Source: Adineta vaga (lineage: Eukaryota > Animalia > Rotifera). Taken from it: DNA of 64,000 nucleotides. Under the pieces are notes generated by a model. That model worked only from the letters and a program-made list of their open reading frames with translations, was not told where the DNA came from and did no database searches. The stretch covers positions 16,244,001-16,308,000 of the forward strand of contig CP075494.1 in assembly GCA_021613535.1 (NCBI GenBank), given 5' to 3'. Shown piece by piece: positions 25,665 to 39,600 of the stretch. A program made the position numbers and the translations under genes. The first letter of the stretch is position 1. Each line of letters begins with the position of its first letter.

Positions 25665-25696
25665 GATGTGGGTGGATATTACAAGAAGACCCATAC
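25665..25696. repeat. Intergenic palindromic element, copy 8 (highly degenerate)
   Basis: gatgtgggt - spacer - acccatac, between the NHL and ART-TPR genes. Confidence 0.35.
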
Positions 25697-26533
25697 TAAA
25701 TATGCTGGTCAAATGAATTATGTATACTGTAGCCGGAGTCGTTAGTTTCTGACCTGCGCGGCGTGATATGTATCGACGAGAAGTGTGTCACTCTCAAGCA
25801 CATTCCTCTCTATATTTCCTATCATTTTTTAACATATAAAGTTTTTTATGTGGATATTTGCTAATCACCATCGGGTGTCCTCGCTAGTTATTTTTATAGT
25901 GATAGATGCTTCGTAATAATCGGTCATTAATATTCATCGTGTTATAGAAGTATATGAAGTTTCATCGCTTTCATTTGACATAACAATTTCATTTATAACT
26001 ACTTTCTCACACAAATTCCATCACTCTTGCAATCAACCTTGTGATCTTTAATTTTATGAAATAATATACTAGATATAAAAGATAAGTGTTTGAACAAAAT
26101 AAAAAACAGTGAAAATTGATTAAGATCTCTTTTCGTCCAATCAATTAGCGTTAACCGACCTTCTCTGAATTTCTTGATTAAGATAGATGGCAGACACGTG
26201 ATAAACAAGTTTTAAGAGAGAAATAGCAGTTTTTACGGTCGTGAAATATTTTACAGAAAAATATCGAAATATCAAAGGAGGCAATTGCCTATTTTCACCT
26301 ATGCGACGTGTCGTTAATGGATTCTCAACCATTTTTCTTTCGTCATATATTGTTTGCAAACGTTAAAAGTGAGAAAGAGAAAAAAGAATGATATTTTTTG
26401 TAATACAAACAAAGAAGAGAAAAAACCCTGTAAAAATGCTTCAATTTTCATCATTCAGTTATTAATCACTTTTTAAACCGATCAAACTTTACCACGCCCT
26501 TTAATAACCGACAATAAAACAAACACAAAATCA

Positions 26534-28561
26534 ATGGAGAGCAATCTGAAAACATCTGAACAAACAGATGAAACCTCAAAGAAACGCCTTGAATATCAAC
26601 GTCTCAATATTCAAAGGACGCAAAATGTTCTTCTTATTTGGTTAGATAGTAGCATTGATGAGGCCAATGAAGATTGCCAGCAGACTATCATCGAACTGCA
26701 ACATGTTATGAATGCTGTTAGTACATACACCAATAGTGATCAATGCATTGAATTCATCAAAACTATCAAAGATCATAAGATGTGCATGATTATTTCAGGA
26801 TATCTTGGTCAACATATTGTACCTCGTGTACATGATCTATCTCAAGTGGACTCAATTTTTATTTTATGTGGCAACAAAAGTCGACATGAACAATGGGCTA
26901 AACAATGGCCCAAAGTCAAAGGAGTTTTCACTGAAACCAAACCTATGTGTAAAGCTCTCAAACAAGCAGCTCAACAATGTGAACAAAATGCTATATCGAT
27001 GAGTTTTGTGCCAATGGCCAAAAAATTGGATCAACTAGATCCATCTTTTATGTATACACAAATCTTAAAAGAGATCTTATCCACCATCAAATTCGACAAC
27101 GTACATGTTCAAGATTATTTAAACTATTGTCGCGAAACTTTTGCTAATAATAAAGTAGAGCTGAATAATATTAAACAACTGGAACAGAAATATCATGAAA
27201 AAACACCAATATGGTGGTACTCCTGCGAGACTTTCTTATATCCCATGCTCAATCGCGGATTACGCATGATGGATGGTAATATAATGACAAGAATGGGCTT
27301 CTTTATTAATGATCTACATCGACAGATCGAACAACTTCACAAAGAACAACATATTACTGAAATCTTTACAGTTTATCGTGGACAAGGTTTATCGCAGGCA
27401 GATTTTGAACAACTAAAGCAAACGAAAGGTGGATTAATGTCATTTAACAATTTCTTATCCACCAGTAAAGCTCGAAACGTTTCCCTTGGTTTTGCTGAAT
27501 GCGCTGCAAGAAATCCGGATTTAGTTGGAATTCTTTTCGTAATGACAATTGATCCGACGCAATCAACAACAGCGTTTGCTTCAATACGTGACATTAGTGC
27601 TATTACGCATGAAGATGAAGTGTTGTTTTCTATGCACAGTGTATTTCGGATTCAGGATGTCAAACAAATAGGTGGAAATAACAAACTGTTTGAAGTCAAT
27701 ATGACTCTTACTGGTGATAAGGACATAGAATTAAGTGCACTTACTGATCGACTACGAGAAGAAAGTTTTCCAAACGAAGAGGGTTGGGCAAGACTAGGTT
27801 TAGTATTAAAGAACATGGGTCAAAATGACAAGGCTGAAGAGATTTACCGAATGTTACTTGATCAAAAAACGGAGGAGAGTGAAACAGAACCAATTTATCA
27901 TCTACTTGCCTGGATCAAAAATAACCAAGCAGAATATCAAGAGGCAATCAAATACTATAAAAAATCACTTACTATTAAAGAGAATACTCTTCCTGCTAAC
28001 GATCTGAAGTTGGCTGTGTCATACAACAACATCGGTTTGGTGTATTTCAACATGCGCGATTATCCAAAAGCACTTTCATCTCATGAAAAAGCCCTTGCAA
28101 TTCGACAGCAATCACTTCCTTCAAATGATCTTGCTTTGGGTATGTCGTACAACAACATCGGTTTAGTATATTCCAACATAGGTCACTATTCTAAAGCACT
28201 TTCATATTATCAAAAAGCTCTTGAAATCAGTGAACAAATACTTCCTCGAAATCATCCTGATTTGGCTGCGTCTTACAACAACATCGGTTCGGTGTATGAA
28301 AATATGCATAACTATTCTAAAGCACTTTCATATTATGAAAAGGCCCTTACAATCAAACAACAATCACTTCCTCCAAGTCATCCTGATTTGGCTGCGTCTT
28401 ACAATAACATCGGTTTATTGTATGAAAACATGAGAAAGTACTCAAAAGCTTGTTCATTTTTTGAACGAGCTCTATTAACTGTACAACAATCACTGCCTTC
28501 AGACCATCCTTGGTCTCAACAAATGGTAGACAATCTTCGACGTATAAAAAGGAGATTATAA
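26534..28561 (+). CDS. ADP-ribosyltransferase (ARTC/VIP2-like) + TPR-repeat protein
   Basis: R-S-E motifs VYRG, FLSTS, HEDEVLF; tandem 42-aa TPRs (SYNNIG.VY...YSKALSYY.KAL); intronless, 675 aa. Confidence 0.9.
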   Translation: MESNLKTSEQTDETSKKRLEYQRLNIQRTQNVLLIWLDSSIDEANEDCQQTIIELQHVMNAVSTYTNSDQCIEFIKTIKDHKMCMIISGYLGQHIVPRVHDLSQVDSIFILCGNKSRHEQWAKQWPKVKGVFTETKPMCKALKQAAQQCEQNAISMSFVPMAKKLDQLDPSFMYTQILKEILSTIKFDNVHVQDYLNYCRETFANNKVELNNIKQLEQKYHEKTPIWWYSCETFLYPMLNRGLRMMDGNIMTRMGFFINDLHRQIEQLHKEQHITEIFTVYRGQGLSQADFEQLKQTKGGLMSFNNFLSTSKARNVSLGFAECAARNPDLVGILFVMTIDPTQSTTAFASIRDISAITHEDEVLFSMHSVFRIQDVKQIGGNNKLFEVNMTLTGDKDIELSALTDRLREESFPNEEGWARLGLVLKNMGQNDKAEEIYRMLLDQKTEESETEPIYHLLAWIKNNQAEYQEAIKYYKKSLTIKENTLPANDLKLAVSYNNIGLVYFNMRDYPKALSSHEKALAIRQQSLPSNDLALGMSYNNIGLVYSNIGHYSKALSYYQKALEISEQILPRNHPDLAASYNNIGSVYENMHNYSKALSYYEKALTIKQQSLPPSHPDLAASYNNIGLLYENMRKYSKACSFFERALLTVQQSLPSDHPWSQQMVDNLRRIKRRL

Positions 28562-28567
28562 GTCGTG

Positions 28568-28625
28568 TTGAGGGTGTGGGTAGCAGATGTTTATAACAGC
28601 CACAGCCACAGCCACACCCACCCTC
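28568..28625. repeat. Intergenic palindromic element, copy 9
   Basis: ttgagggtgtgggt ... gccacacccaccctc, starting 7 bp after the ART-TPR stop codon. Confidence 0.85.
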
Positions 28626-28740
28626 TCTACGCGTTTGTTAATTGCGATTGAGATGCTTTTTTTCTAAATTGAACAACGTGTAAATATAAAACATCGTTCT
28701 ATCACTATAGACATAAAAGGTAAAATTCCAAAACCGACTA

Positions 28741-28819
28741 GGTGAAGTTGTTTGGGTGTGACTGTGGCTGTGTGTTAAGAGTGTAGTCTTACCCATACAC
28801 ACACCCACACCCTCAAGAT
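28741..28819. repeat. Intergenic palindromic element, copy 10
   Basis: tgggtgtg ... taagagtgtagtcttacccatacacacacccacaccctcaagat. Confidence 0.85.
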
Positions 28820-29615
28820 ACAATTTACCATTATTAAGAGAATTACTAATCTATCCATCAATAATTAAGATATTTTCCGTTTGATAATATGGGTGCTGTA
28901 TAAAAGTTTGAAAATCAATTACAAATTTATGATTATAATCACATTTTTTCATCTTATCTCTGATATTTATAGTAACATAGTGGCAATTGTGATTCACTTA
29001 TAGTTTTCATCGAATAAGTGTCTGAATTAGTATTATCATTCCATAATAGAATATGATAGTTTATCAATAGAGTAATTAAATAAATAAAATTGTTTTTCTT
29101 TTTAATAATAGAAACACATTCTATACCATCTTTCTTCTATCGTTTTCTGCTATATTTGTTTTAAAAAATACTTCACCATTTTTTAATGTAAAATAATGCA
29201 AATTCATTTCTCGATCCTCCTGTGTAAAGTAAGAATATCATGGTATTTCTAATCATTGATTTGATATTTTATGAAAGTTCTGAGAAAAATTCAAGTGAAT
29301 TCATAGGCCATTAATTAGTAAATTTTAATGTAAATGTGTCAAGTTTAGGAAATATTGTTTTACTTGGTAAAACATTCCTAAATATAAAAAATATAAATCA
29401 ATTTATCTGAATGTTACAATGCAAAATCTATCTGATATCGTATTTAATGAATGATATGCTACAAATAAAGTGATCATACCTTATAAGATGCAATTAGACT
29501 CATCAGTTTTGTCAGATTTAGTTTCAATTGATATATATTCTTCATTATTATCATTCAATGGTATTGAATTATAACGAAGAATTTCTTTCGATTCAAATAT
29601 AAAGTTTAAATGAGG

Positions 29616-29670
29616 ATCTTGAGGGTGGGTATTATATATTGATATCGTCCTCATACCCACACCCTCAAAT
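29616..29670. repeat. Intergenic palindromic element, copy 11
   Basis: atcttgagggtgggtat - spacer - atacccacaccctcaaat. Confidence 0.9.
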
Positions 29671-30087
29671 TATCACTTGAATCATTGATTTATAAAACAA
29701 AAACTTATTTTTCGAAGAAAGAAAGCATTATATTAGTCAATCATAGATGGGAATAAAAGAAAATTTGTGTTTTTTTATTAACATAAATATTCGCTTTGAC
29801 CATGACGATCCTGTAAAAAAGAAATAAAGAAAAGCGCAATACCATCAACATCAACACTTTTCCCATCAAAATTCATCCCAATCGCCGTTTTTTAAATACC
29901 CTTTTCGAATGAATATTCATATCTTTCTGTTTTTTTCTTCTTATCTTTTGTATGTGCCGTTTTACATATTAATCAATAGATTTGTCTTTTCATCTCGGAT
30001 AAAAATAATATATGAAATGTTTCGTGAAAACATATCCATTTTTTTCTAAATACATTTAGATTTCTTCACAAAAATCAAATCTTATCA

Positions 30088-31475
30088 ATGGATAATCATG
30101 ATTTACATTCTATTCTTTTAAATCGTCAAGACCGTTTTACTAATGATGATCGAAAACGTCTTCATTCTTTTCTTGGCAATGATATTTCACGTAGAATTCG
30201 AGATGATCCATCACTTAATGGTACTCTTATTCATATAAATTCACTTTTTAATTAAGATGAAATTAATGAACAAGATTTGATTTATCTTATCAATGCTTTT
30301 CATCAAATTCACTGTTTTGATGCATCGAAATTATTAAAAGGTAAACTTTTCTTTATTTCATTTTCTCTCCTTTTATTCTAAATGCAGAACATTTGAATGA
30401 AAAACGAATCAATGGATTAAATCAATCGATACAAAGTTTATCTTTGATTATGCCACCAATATTAGATCAACTTCTACAAGATGATGAAAAAGATAAACTA
30501 ATTGTGAATTCTGGTGAGTAACAAACTTTATTTTATATTTCATTTTCAGCAGTATTTTAATTAGTTTTTATTCAACAAGAAAATATTTCTCAGAATCATA
30601 ATGCAAATATTAATCCGTATGAAAAACTATCAATGGTTGAAACTAGAAATAGTTTATCTTTAACATCACGGACAGGAAAAAAATCATCATGGAAAACATC
30701 TCACGTCATTTATCTGTTTGGTGATTATAGTATTGGTCATTGCATTTTTTATTCGGATTCGTAATACTACAAAACATACACAATCAGATCAAACTAATAC
30801 GCATAAGTCAATACCAAACCAATTCATAAAGAAAGTGAATATGTCAAAACAAAATCGACCCCCAGAGACAATTATGGGAGGTATGTTAAAAGAAAAATGA
30901 AAAAATCTTAATTTATGATGTTCATTGCATGAATTAATAATTTATTCTATTGGACGTCAATGTAATTGTAAACACTTTGTAAACAAAAGTCTTCTTTTTT
31001 ACAATGAAAATTGCTTAAATATTACGATATGGATAATTTTTTAGTATATCATGTTAGATTTTGTCTTGGGATTGTAGTTAAACAATGTTCTTTTTAGTGA
31101 ATGATTTAAGCGTTGAAATTTTCTCTTTGAAATGAAAACTTTTTTTGGTTTGATTTTAGAACAAAATTTCAATAAGAAATTAGTTATGTTTTCTTTTCTT
31201 TTTCTTTAGAAGTCAGAGTCATCAAACAAAAAAAATTTACTACGTTTTTTGCAAGAAAAAATGAATTCAGACCCAAATTCAATCAACCTTATCAACATTT
31301 TGGGATCATTGGTGATGGATACAATATTTATGATCCTGCACATTGGTATATTGGTACTGTTGAAAGGAAAAAATTATTGGAAAAGTTCGCTATAAGTCCT
31401 GAATTTCTCCACAATGGCGAAACCCAGATGTTTCATCTAAAGAATTCCTCTTGGTTTCGATCATATCCCAAATGA
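30088..31475 (+). pseudogene. Death-effector-domain-like membrane protein, probable pseudogene
   Basis: MDNHDLHSILL...DDRKRLHSFLGNDISRRIRDDPSLNGTL...FN*DEINEQDLIYLINAF...DASKLLK with an in-frame stop; later exons include a TM segment near 30705-30755. The 3' end is approximate. Confidence 0.55.
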
Positions 31476-31562
31476 AAAACCTGGAAAGTCCTGAGAAACA
31501 AAACTTAGTTTTCAAATTTTAGATACGAAAATAAAGTCATCTATGTAGTATTAAGAATCGAA

Positions 31563-31595
31563 TTTTAAGGGTGGGTGTGCGTGTGCGCGGGTGGC
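31563..31595. repeat. Palindromic element family, G-rich half site (copy 12)
   Basis: ttttaagggtgggtgtgcgtgtg with no matching right arm. Confidence 0.45.
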
Positions 31596-32594
31596 TGGAC
31601 AATGTGTCGTATAATTAATTAATTGTAACCAGATTAACATAAGATAAAGGTATAGAGAGAGAGATAAACATTGCATAAGGGTCATCACGTTTGTAAAACA
31701 GAAACTATAATTTTTTTAAAATGTACAATATATAACGAAACAAACTTTACACTTCTGAATAAAATAGTACCTGGATTGTTTTGTTTACGGAAGATGGATT
31801 CTATAAAGACTTTTTAAGGCTTCATAATTAAGAAAAGATATTCTAGATAATTTATTATGTATACTGTAAAGCAGCAGTACTAACTGAAAACGTGTTTCAT
31901 CGAGGATCAAAATTTGGAGATAATACTCATCTTTATATAGCGATCATTATTGTGAATTAACTTGTATTTCATGAAGGAAAAATCTTTGGATTTTCATTAA
32001 CAAAAATAAACATCTTAAAAAAATTGAATATTCACTAAATGAACCATGACAAAAATTATTCGCTAAGTTGTGGAATGTTTTTGTTTATTAGAAGTTTGTT
32101 TAAATCTGTTTGATTGATGATATTGAAATATTACTTAACGTTTCAATGAAATAAATTTTTTGTCTGCCAGTCAACTGAATAACGTTCTCCTCTTAAAACT
32201 TTCTTAGAAGTTTTTTTACTATTCAAATTCTCTGTTTTGCTTTTCGGTACTTTCGAAACATTTTGTATGAAGTTTTTGAAGTGAATCCGTATTTTCTTGT
32301 TCGCAATACCACTAGAATATTAGATTGCATTTTATGTTACTAACACGATTGTTGGTGATAATGTAGTTACCCTACTAATTGAATTAGATGTGTAGCTTTG
32401 TCAATTAATTATAATATATTGGCAACGAATTATCCTGATGTTCTTATATATTGATTGAAAGACAATGGTGAACTATATTTTTTTCGAAATAATTAGATCA
32501 TTTAATTCTAAATACTGTTAGAATTTGTTAATAGTTTCTAATAATTATTTTTTTAACAATTGTTGATTCAATAATAATAAATATGAAGATAATA

Positions 32595-32932
32595 ATCTTG
32601 AGGGTGGTGTGTTCTCTCATTCTCGCTTATAAGCAAAAGATAAGAAGAAGAAGAAGAAGAAGAAGAAATAGTTCCCTATATGAATGTTTTGCTCCATAAT
32701 AGATCTTTCTACAATTTATAAATTTTACATTCACTTGATAATCATAATTTAGTTTTGAAAGTGAGAACATGTGTCTGATGATCTTTAACTGATCACCACA
32801 TACGATGATCTATCGTGTTTGCCTATGATTTTAAATAATTTTGAATGACTATAAAATCTAAACAATCTGATGAGATTTCTGAACAAAGTCAGAACGCATC
32901 GTAGTGTGCTTGACTCGTCCACGCACCCTCAG
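32595..32932. repeat. Palindromic element family, separated half sites (copy 13)
   Basis: atcttgagggtggtgtg at 32595 and ccacgcaccctcag at ~32919, with a (gaa)n microsatellite at ~32643-32667 between them. Confidence 0.45.
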
Positions 32933-33633
32933 AGGAAGATCTTCTTTCGTTCATAAAACACATATATAGTTCCCATGCAAAAGATTGCTAACTAAAGATA
33001 CAGATTGGATTTCTCTTCTAATTTTAAACCCACTCCACAGTTACGCATGTGCTTTGATATTATCAACGGCATGTATAGGTTTGGATCATGCAATAGTGCC
33101 GACATCGTTCATGATAGATATCTTTCCATCGCTAAATAACCATCGTTTTATATCGTCATTGACATGTGCTCGAGCAAACGAAGTTTTGGCTTGTTCTTGC
33201 ATCGAAATGAGTGTTTTTTCACTTGTTGATGAGGATAAAGTTGGATAGTTCTGACGCTAACGCTTTTACCAGTCTCTTCGAATATGTCTAAGAAATGTGA
33301 GCTAGTAAGTAGATTTAATTGTCTTCTTATATATAGTTTAACTCACGGTCTGTTCATATATATGAAGAAGAAAATATAGTAATGGATTATAAAGGAGAAC
33401 GAGCTAATAGGAAAAGGTAGTTTGTTTTTGTCCAAGGGAGACTGTGGATATGAGCATCATGTCAATTGCTCATCAAAATCATATCTATGTTTTTACACTC
33501 TCATCTTTACCCTAAAAACCGCTAATTAAAGTTGAGTTTGATTCTTTAAATCATAGAAAAATAAATCAAAAATTTATTGTTGTTAAACTTTTTGTTACCA
33601 TCTCACGACAACAATAACAACATAATCAAACGA

Positions 33634-36600
33634 TCAAAGAAGAGTACACGTATTCGAAGTAATTGGATGACTATTGAGAACTTTCAAATTTTGACTGCCC
33701 GCATTGGCCAATTGAACACCTTTCAACTGTTGCTGATCGTATTCAATAACTTTTCGACGAATATCACTTAGATCATGTTTAGTATGTTGTTTGTCGACTA
33801 TTGCTGTAGTCGTACTAGGAGATCTAGTGTCCGTTTCTTTCACGCGATCTTCTTCATTAAAGCCAACATCAGCAAATTTCGTATCAATATATTTGGAATC
33901 TTTCGATAATATATTCATGACGTCCGACTCAGTATCAACAGTGTCATTTGTATTACTCGGTGAATATCGCCCATAGAAATGACGAACTTGACAAAAAGCA
34001 CTGACAGGCCGTTCCCGCTCTTCTATTGTCCCTATACTATCACTTTCTTCTCTTGCATTAAACTCAACGTTGCTCTCTTTCATAATATCGTCATCGTCGT
34101 CATCGTCGTTGTCGTCGTCGTCATGGCTCGGCTTCATCCCAGCACATCTTTCTATGTGTTGTACCAATCTGATAGTTGCTGGTTGCATTTCACGGCAAGA
34201 ATTCCTTCAAAAAAAGATTTAATTTGTTTAAAACTCTATTCACGAGAAACATATTTAATAAGCTTATATATGTATAAAATCCTGTTCATTTTGTATAAAT
34301 GGCAAAGACTAACATAATCAATACTAGGCACTGACTCTTCTTTTCACTTGTCACATCTATAGAAAGGAGAAGAAGTATAAATCCAACCTTTGTGCTATAA
34401 ACGTTAACATACATTTGCAAGCGTATTTGACAAAATATTGTAAATTAAATCAAAGATTTAAAACTGTTCACTTCAATCTTTCGATAATATATCTCAAAGA
34501 TCGTATTTCGCAGAAATAAGATATTCGATGGTGAATGAATAATAAAAGAAAATATCTACCTGCTAGGTAATCTTTGAATTTTTTCTTGTATACTCGAATC
34601 ATTGGGATCAGCTATCATCAATGTCAGTAAACGTCGATCATTCATAGCTAAGACGATAAAATCATTATTTGCTTTCATTGATAAAACAAAATCGTAGAGA
34701 AATAATTTAGCTAATTGACGACAATCATTAATTCGATACATAAGTAAAATACGACGTTTACTTAGAGTGAATATGTAAGTTCCCGATGTATTCAAACACA
34801 TTTGTTCACATACATTTTCTAATTGAATCGATTTATAATGATTTTGCGAGCGAATATTATATAAATTGAGTAGATGTTGCTCATTGTTCACTGCTGCTAG
34901 ATAATCAACTGTAAAGCTAAACATATCGATTGTATCTAATGGAATCATTTTTATAGATCCATTCTTTTTCGATTCATCTAATTCAATATGACATAGGATG
35001 AGTAATTTATTATCGAAATGTAATAAAATAAAATCTTGAGTTTGTTCAGTTGAAATACTTTTTAAATGTCTGGATTTTAAATATGATGTCTGATCAATAT
35101 TGATATAGATTAAATATGTTTCTGTCCAGATTGTCATTGATTGTAAATCGTCTGCTAATACAACAAAGTGTTCTATTGAATCGAGAGTAATAATACAACT
35201 AAACATCATTGAACACTTGGTTTTCAATTGTATATCATTGGTTTTATTGAATATAATTTGTTGATTTTCATTTGATTGTTGAATAATCGAAAATAATAGA
35301 CCGGTATTAGTTAAGACAAGAAAATCACCATTTCGTGTTGAATGAACATTAATCGATGAATCAAGACAAAGATAGAAAATTGGTTGATTATGAAAAGATT
35401 GAGATGAATAAATTTCTATTCGATTATTAAATGTAATTATAAGTACAAAAATCACATTTCGATCTGATTTGCTTGATGTAAGTACAAATTTATCGATAGC
35501 AAAATTTTCTGAATAGAAACGTTTTGATTCAATCGATGTTGAATGTTGATATGACCAGAGTGTTAGTTCTCTAAAATAAGATTCGATACTTCTTTTAACG
35601 ACAATGATTCTCATTAAATTTATTCTATAGATTAAAATTACTTACCGTCTTTGATTATCAAGTGTTATTGCTATTTCATTATAAAGTTCAACAGTTTCGA
35701 TAATATTATTTGTACGTGCAAATGGTGGCATTTGTTTATATGCTTTACGTATTTGTGCAGTTTCATACATATGTATTGCTCCATTTTCCATTGAACATAA
35801 GAAAAGTGGTGCTAAAGAAAAATATGAAAGATATTTTTTAATTTATCATTTCAATAAACACAAAACAAACTCGATGCAATAACTGGTTTGATTGTAGTTA
35901 TAGGTGATGAACTAATATCAATAGAAACATATAATTCATATGTATGTAAATGATGATCTTCATTCATGGAATGCTTGTTACATTTCCAAACAAATATATC
36001 AATAATACCACCACGAGCTGTATAAATAGTATTTCGATTATTTTCATGAAATGAAACAATATCAAAATGTCCATCGATACATACATATGATAAATTCTTT
36101 TCTAAACATTTATGAATTACATACAAACTATAATCTGTTAATAATATACATAATAAAGAATTGACATTTAATTTATCTGTATCAGGTAATACAATACGTT
36201 TTATTGATTTTGATTTCAATAGAATATGAAATGTAATTGATAGTTTTATAATATCTTGATCAAATAAAAATTGTTTACTACCATTAATTGTTTTTAAATC
36301 TATATAAACAAAATCAATTGGAGTTATATTTTCATTGATATAAATCAAATATCTTCCATGATTAATAATTAAATTTAATTGTTGATCAATATAAATCGTC
36401 CCACGATGAGTAAATAATGATTGTGTCCAATCAATTATAGAATAAAAATGTATATGACCATCTTGACAAAGAATAACAATCATAGAATAAATATCGATAC
36501 AAAAGATTGTTTTTATTGGTGAAAATATTGAATCAATTCGAGTAAATAATCTATTATTTAGCAGATCCCAACATTCAACAGAATTACTATTCATTTCTGT

Positions 36601-39600
36601 TATAATACAAAGATTACGTTTTAAATTAAATATTTCTACTGTTACATAACCAATTAAAGATGTTCTCTCGAATTTTATATCATTGTGTATAGATATAAAA
36701 TAGATATGATGAAATGAATTGAGAAGAAAATAAAATTGTTGAGAATTTTTAGTAGATTGTTCGTCTAAATGATTGATTGTAGTTAAATTTAAATAGGGTT
36801 CATTTAATTTTGGTAATTGAACATCGAATGATGTATGTCCAGATGTCATATCGATAACAATAATACGATCTGATAGAGTAACAGCTACCATTTGATCACG
36901 TGTAATATCGATGATCGAGACTGATGTTGTATGTTTATTCATTGAATAGACTAAGCCGCTACCCGGCGGTCGCATTTGACAATAAGGTACAATTAAAGCA
37001 CAATGATCAATACTTTTTTCATCAAATTGTTTCAATAGATCAGTTATATAAGATTTAATACCAAATAAACTAAGAAGACGAGATGAAAATTCAAATGCAT
37101 AATTATTTGGATATTCTTGAAGTAAATGACCGATGATGATATAAACCATAAATAATATATTAATTTCTATTTTCATATCGATTACTTCTTTGGGTAATTT
37201 AGATGTTGAAATTTCTTTAAAATGTTGCATTAAATGTGTTATATCATTGTATTCGGAACATTGTATTTTAGCATCTATAGAAATATTGAAACAGAAAAAA
37301 AATTGTTGAAAGAAAAAGATGTCCTTACACATGAATGGATAGTTGAAAAAGACTTCTTTAACAACGATCGGTATAGCTACATTTGGTGATAGTTTACATA
37401 AGAATTGTGGTAATTCGTTAAGTTTTCGTTTATTATATTGAACTTGACCGTTAACATCAATGAATTCGATTGGTTGTGATGCAACCAATCGATTTGCTTG
37501 AATTTCTCCGGAAGATTTCATCAAATGATATTTATCGATTAACTTTTGATTGCTAATTTTTAATGGTTTATTTTTTCCTTTCCATGTTTCATTGTATAAA
37601 TCGATCATATTACCAAAAATGATTCTTTTTTCTGTTTCATCTAATTTTGAAAGAAATTGTTCATTTGCAACTTCAATAAAACGACGATGATACCTTAAAC
37701 ATATTTTAAAATGTTAATAATTATTTCAAAATCAAACTTTGTCAATCTCTTACCAAAATATCACCGATGAATCATCAACTTCTTTTTCCGTTATATATTC
37801 ATCCATATCATTTCGAATTCTTGTCCATAAAATTCCTGGTAAACGTTGAATAGGTGGTATATAATGTTCAAAAACACCTTTAAGAACATCATCATCAAGT
37901 GAAAGTACATCTTCTAATTCGTTTTGACTAATACCATTTCGACAAGCAGTCATATAACAAAGTGCACGACGAAATAAAATACTATTATGTTTAGTTTCTA
38001 AATGATTAAATAAATATCGAATACAATCATCGACATTACGACATGTTTTCAATTGATCATCAATTGGATCATATGAATGCCATGTACATATAATATCGAA
38101 AGCAAGTTTCATAAATAAAGGTACTATTTCAATTTGTTCTTTCATCCATTGTTGAACAAATAAACGTTGTTCATTACTTAATGAACGTTGTTTTACTTTT
38201 AACCATACATTATAAATTATTTCTACAGTTTGGGCTTCGAATGGTGGAACTAAAATAAGTAAACGTTCAATATTTTCTATTGATGATTGATTATAATCGA
38301 GGATATATTTTAAATTTGATAATATACCACCATGACTAGGTAATGTTGAAATAATACATTTGATATTTTTTGGAAAAGATTTTATTAACCATTGACAATC
38401 ATATGCATCGATTTCAAGTTGATCAAGTGAATCAAGTAAAATTATAAGATATTCATTTTTAGGAATTTTAAGAAATAAATTCGTTTCTAGTTGATGTCGT
38501 AATTGAAGAACATCGGGATAGATTTCCATTGATAAATTATATAATTTACAAATTTGTTCAGATATTGAAAGAAGTGTTTTATATATTGTTGATGAAGAAG
38601 GTGTTGTTCTATACAGAGATAGACAATTCGGTAATATATATATATAGAACATCATTAAAGGGAAAATAGAATACATACCCAAGAAAACGTAGAATCACTG
38701 AAACAGATCGATTCGACCACCATTTCAAAACCTAATCATTTTTATTGATAAAAAATATATCTTTATTATTTAGGATACATAAAGTAAATAAGATTGTTTT
38801 ATATCTGACATAATATACATACTTCAATCGCAGTTTTAGCTAATACACTTGTTTTACCACAACCTGAATCTCCATATACAATACATGCACGATTTTCTGT
38901 TTCATTCATTATATATTCTTTTAACTATACGAGAAGATTGAATTAGTATTTTGATGTTAAAATATCTCTTACTCGATGAAGAACATCGATTCGACCATGA
39001 AATTTTGTCACATATGTTTTACACTGAATTGCATGTTCTAATATTTCATGTTGTAATGGATCAGAAACAATCGAAATATGAGATTGAACACATTGATCAA
39101 TTTGTTCCTTAATTGCACGATAAAAATCTTTAGTAAATTGATCAATATATGTACTATGATCTTCTCGATTAATTCCATTTGATGTCCAATGAACTTTATA
39201 TGAGAATATATTTGATGATTGTAATCGATTTGGTATACGAGAATATTTTAAATTATTGAGTAAATTTTCAGCTTCACTATCGACTATAGGTTTCCCGTCT
39301 GTCGAATAATTCATATCGATATATTTTGATACTTTACTATCAGATAAATGATCGTGAATATTTTCAATTTCACGTAAAAAACATAGTGTACGTTGATTTG
39401 CATCAGATGCTGTTAGAATACCTTCGACAATTTCTTTTTCGGTAACTAAATTTGATAATCAGAAATGATTCTAATAAAAGAAATTTATTCGTACTTGATA
39501 TAAAGAAAGTATCATATTCATCTTTTTGAATCTGTCCTTGTTTAAAACATTTGGCTGCTGTTTGACGAAGACAAGTACGAATACGATTATTTATTTTTTT

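Noticed and set aside
32985-33460. Coding-like minus-strand remnant
   Set aside because: Interrupted by stops, and I could not assign it to any family.
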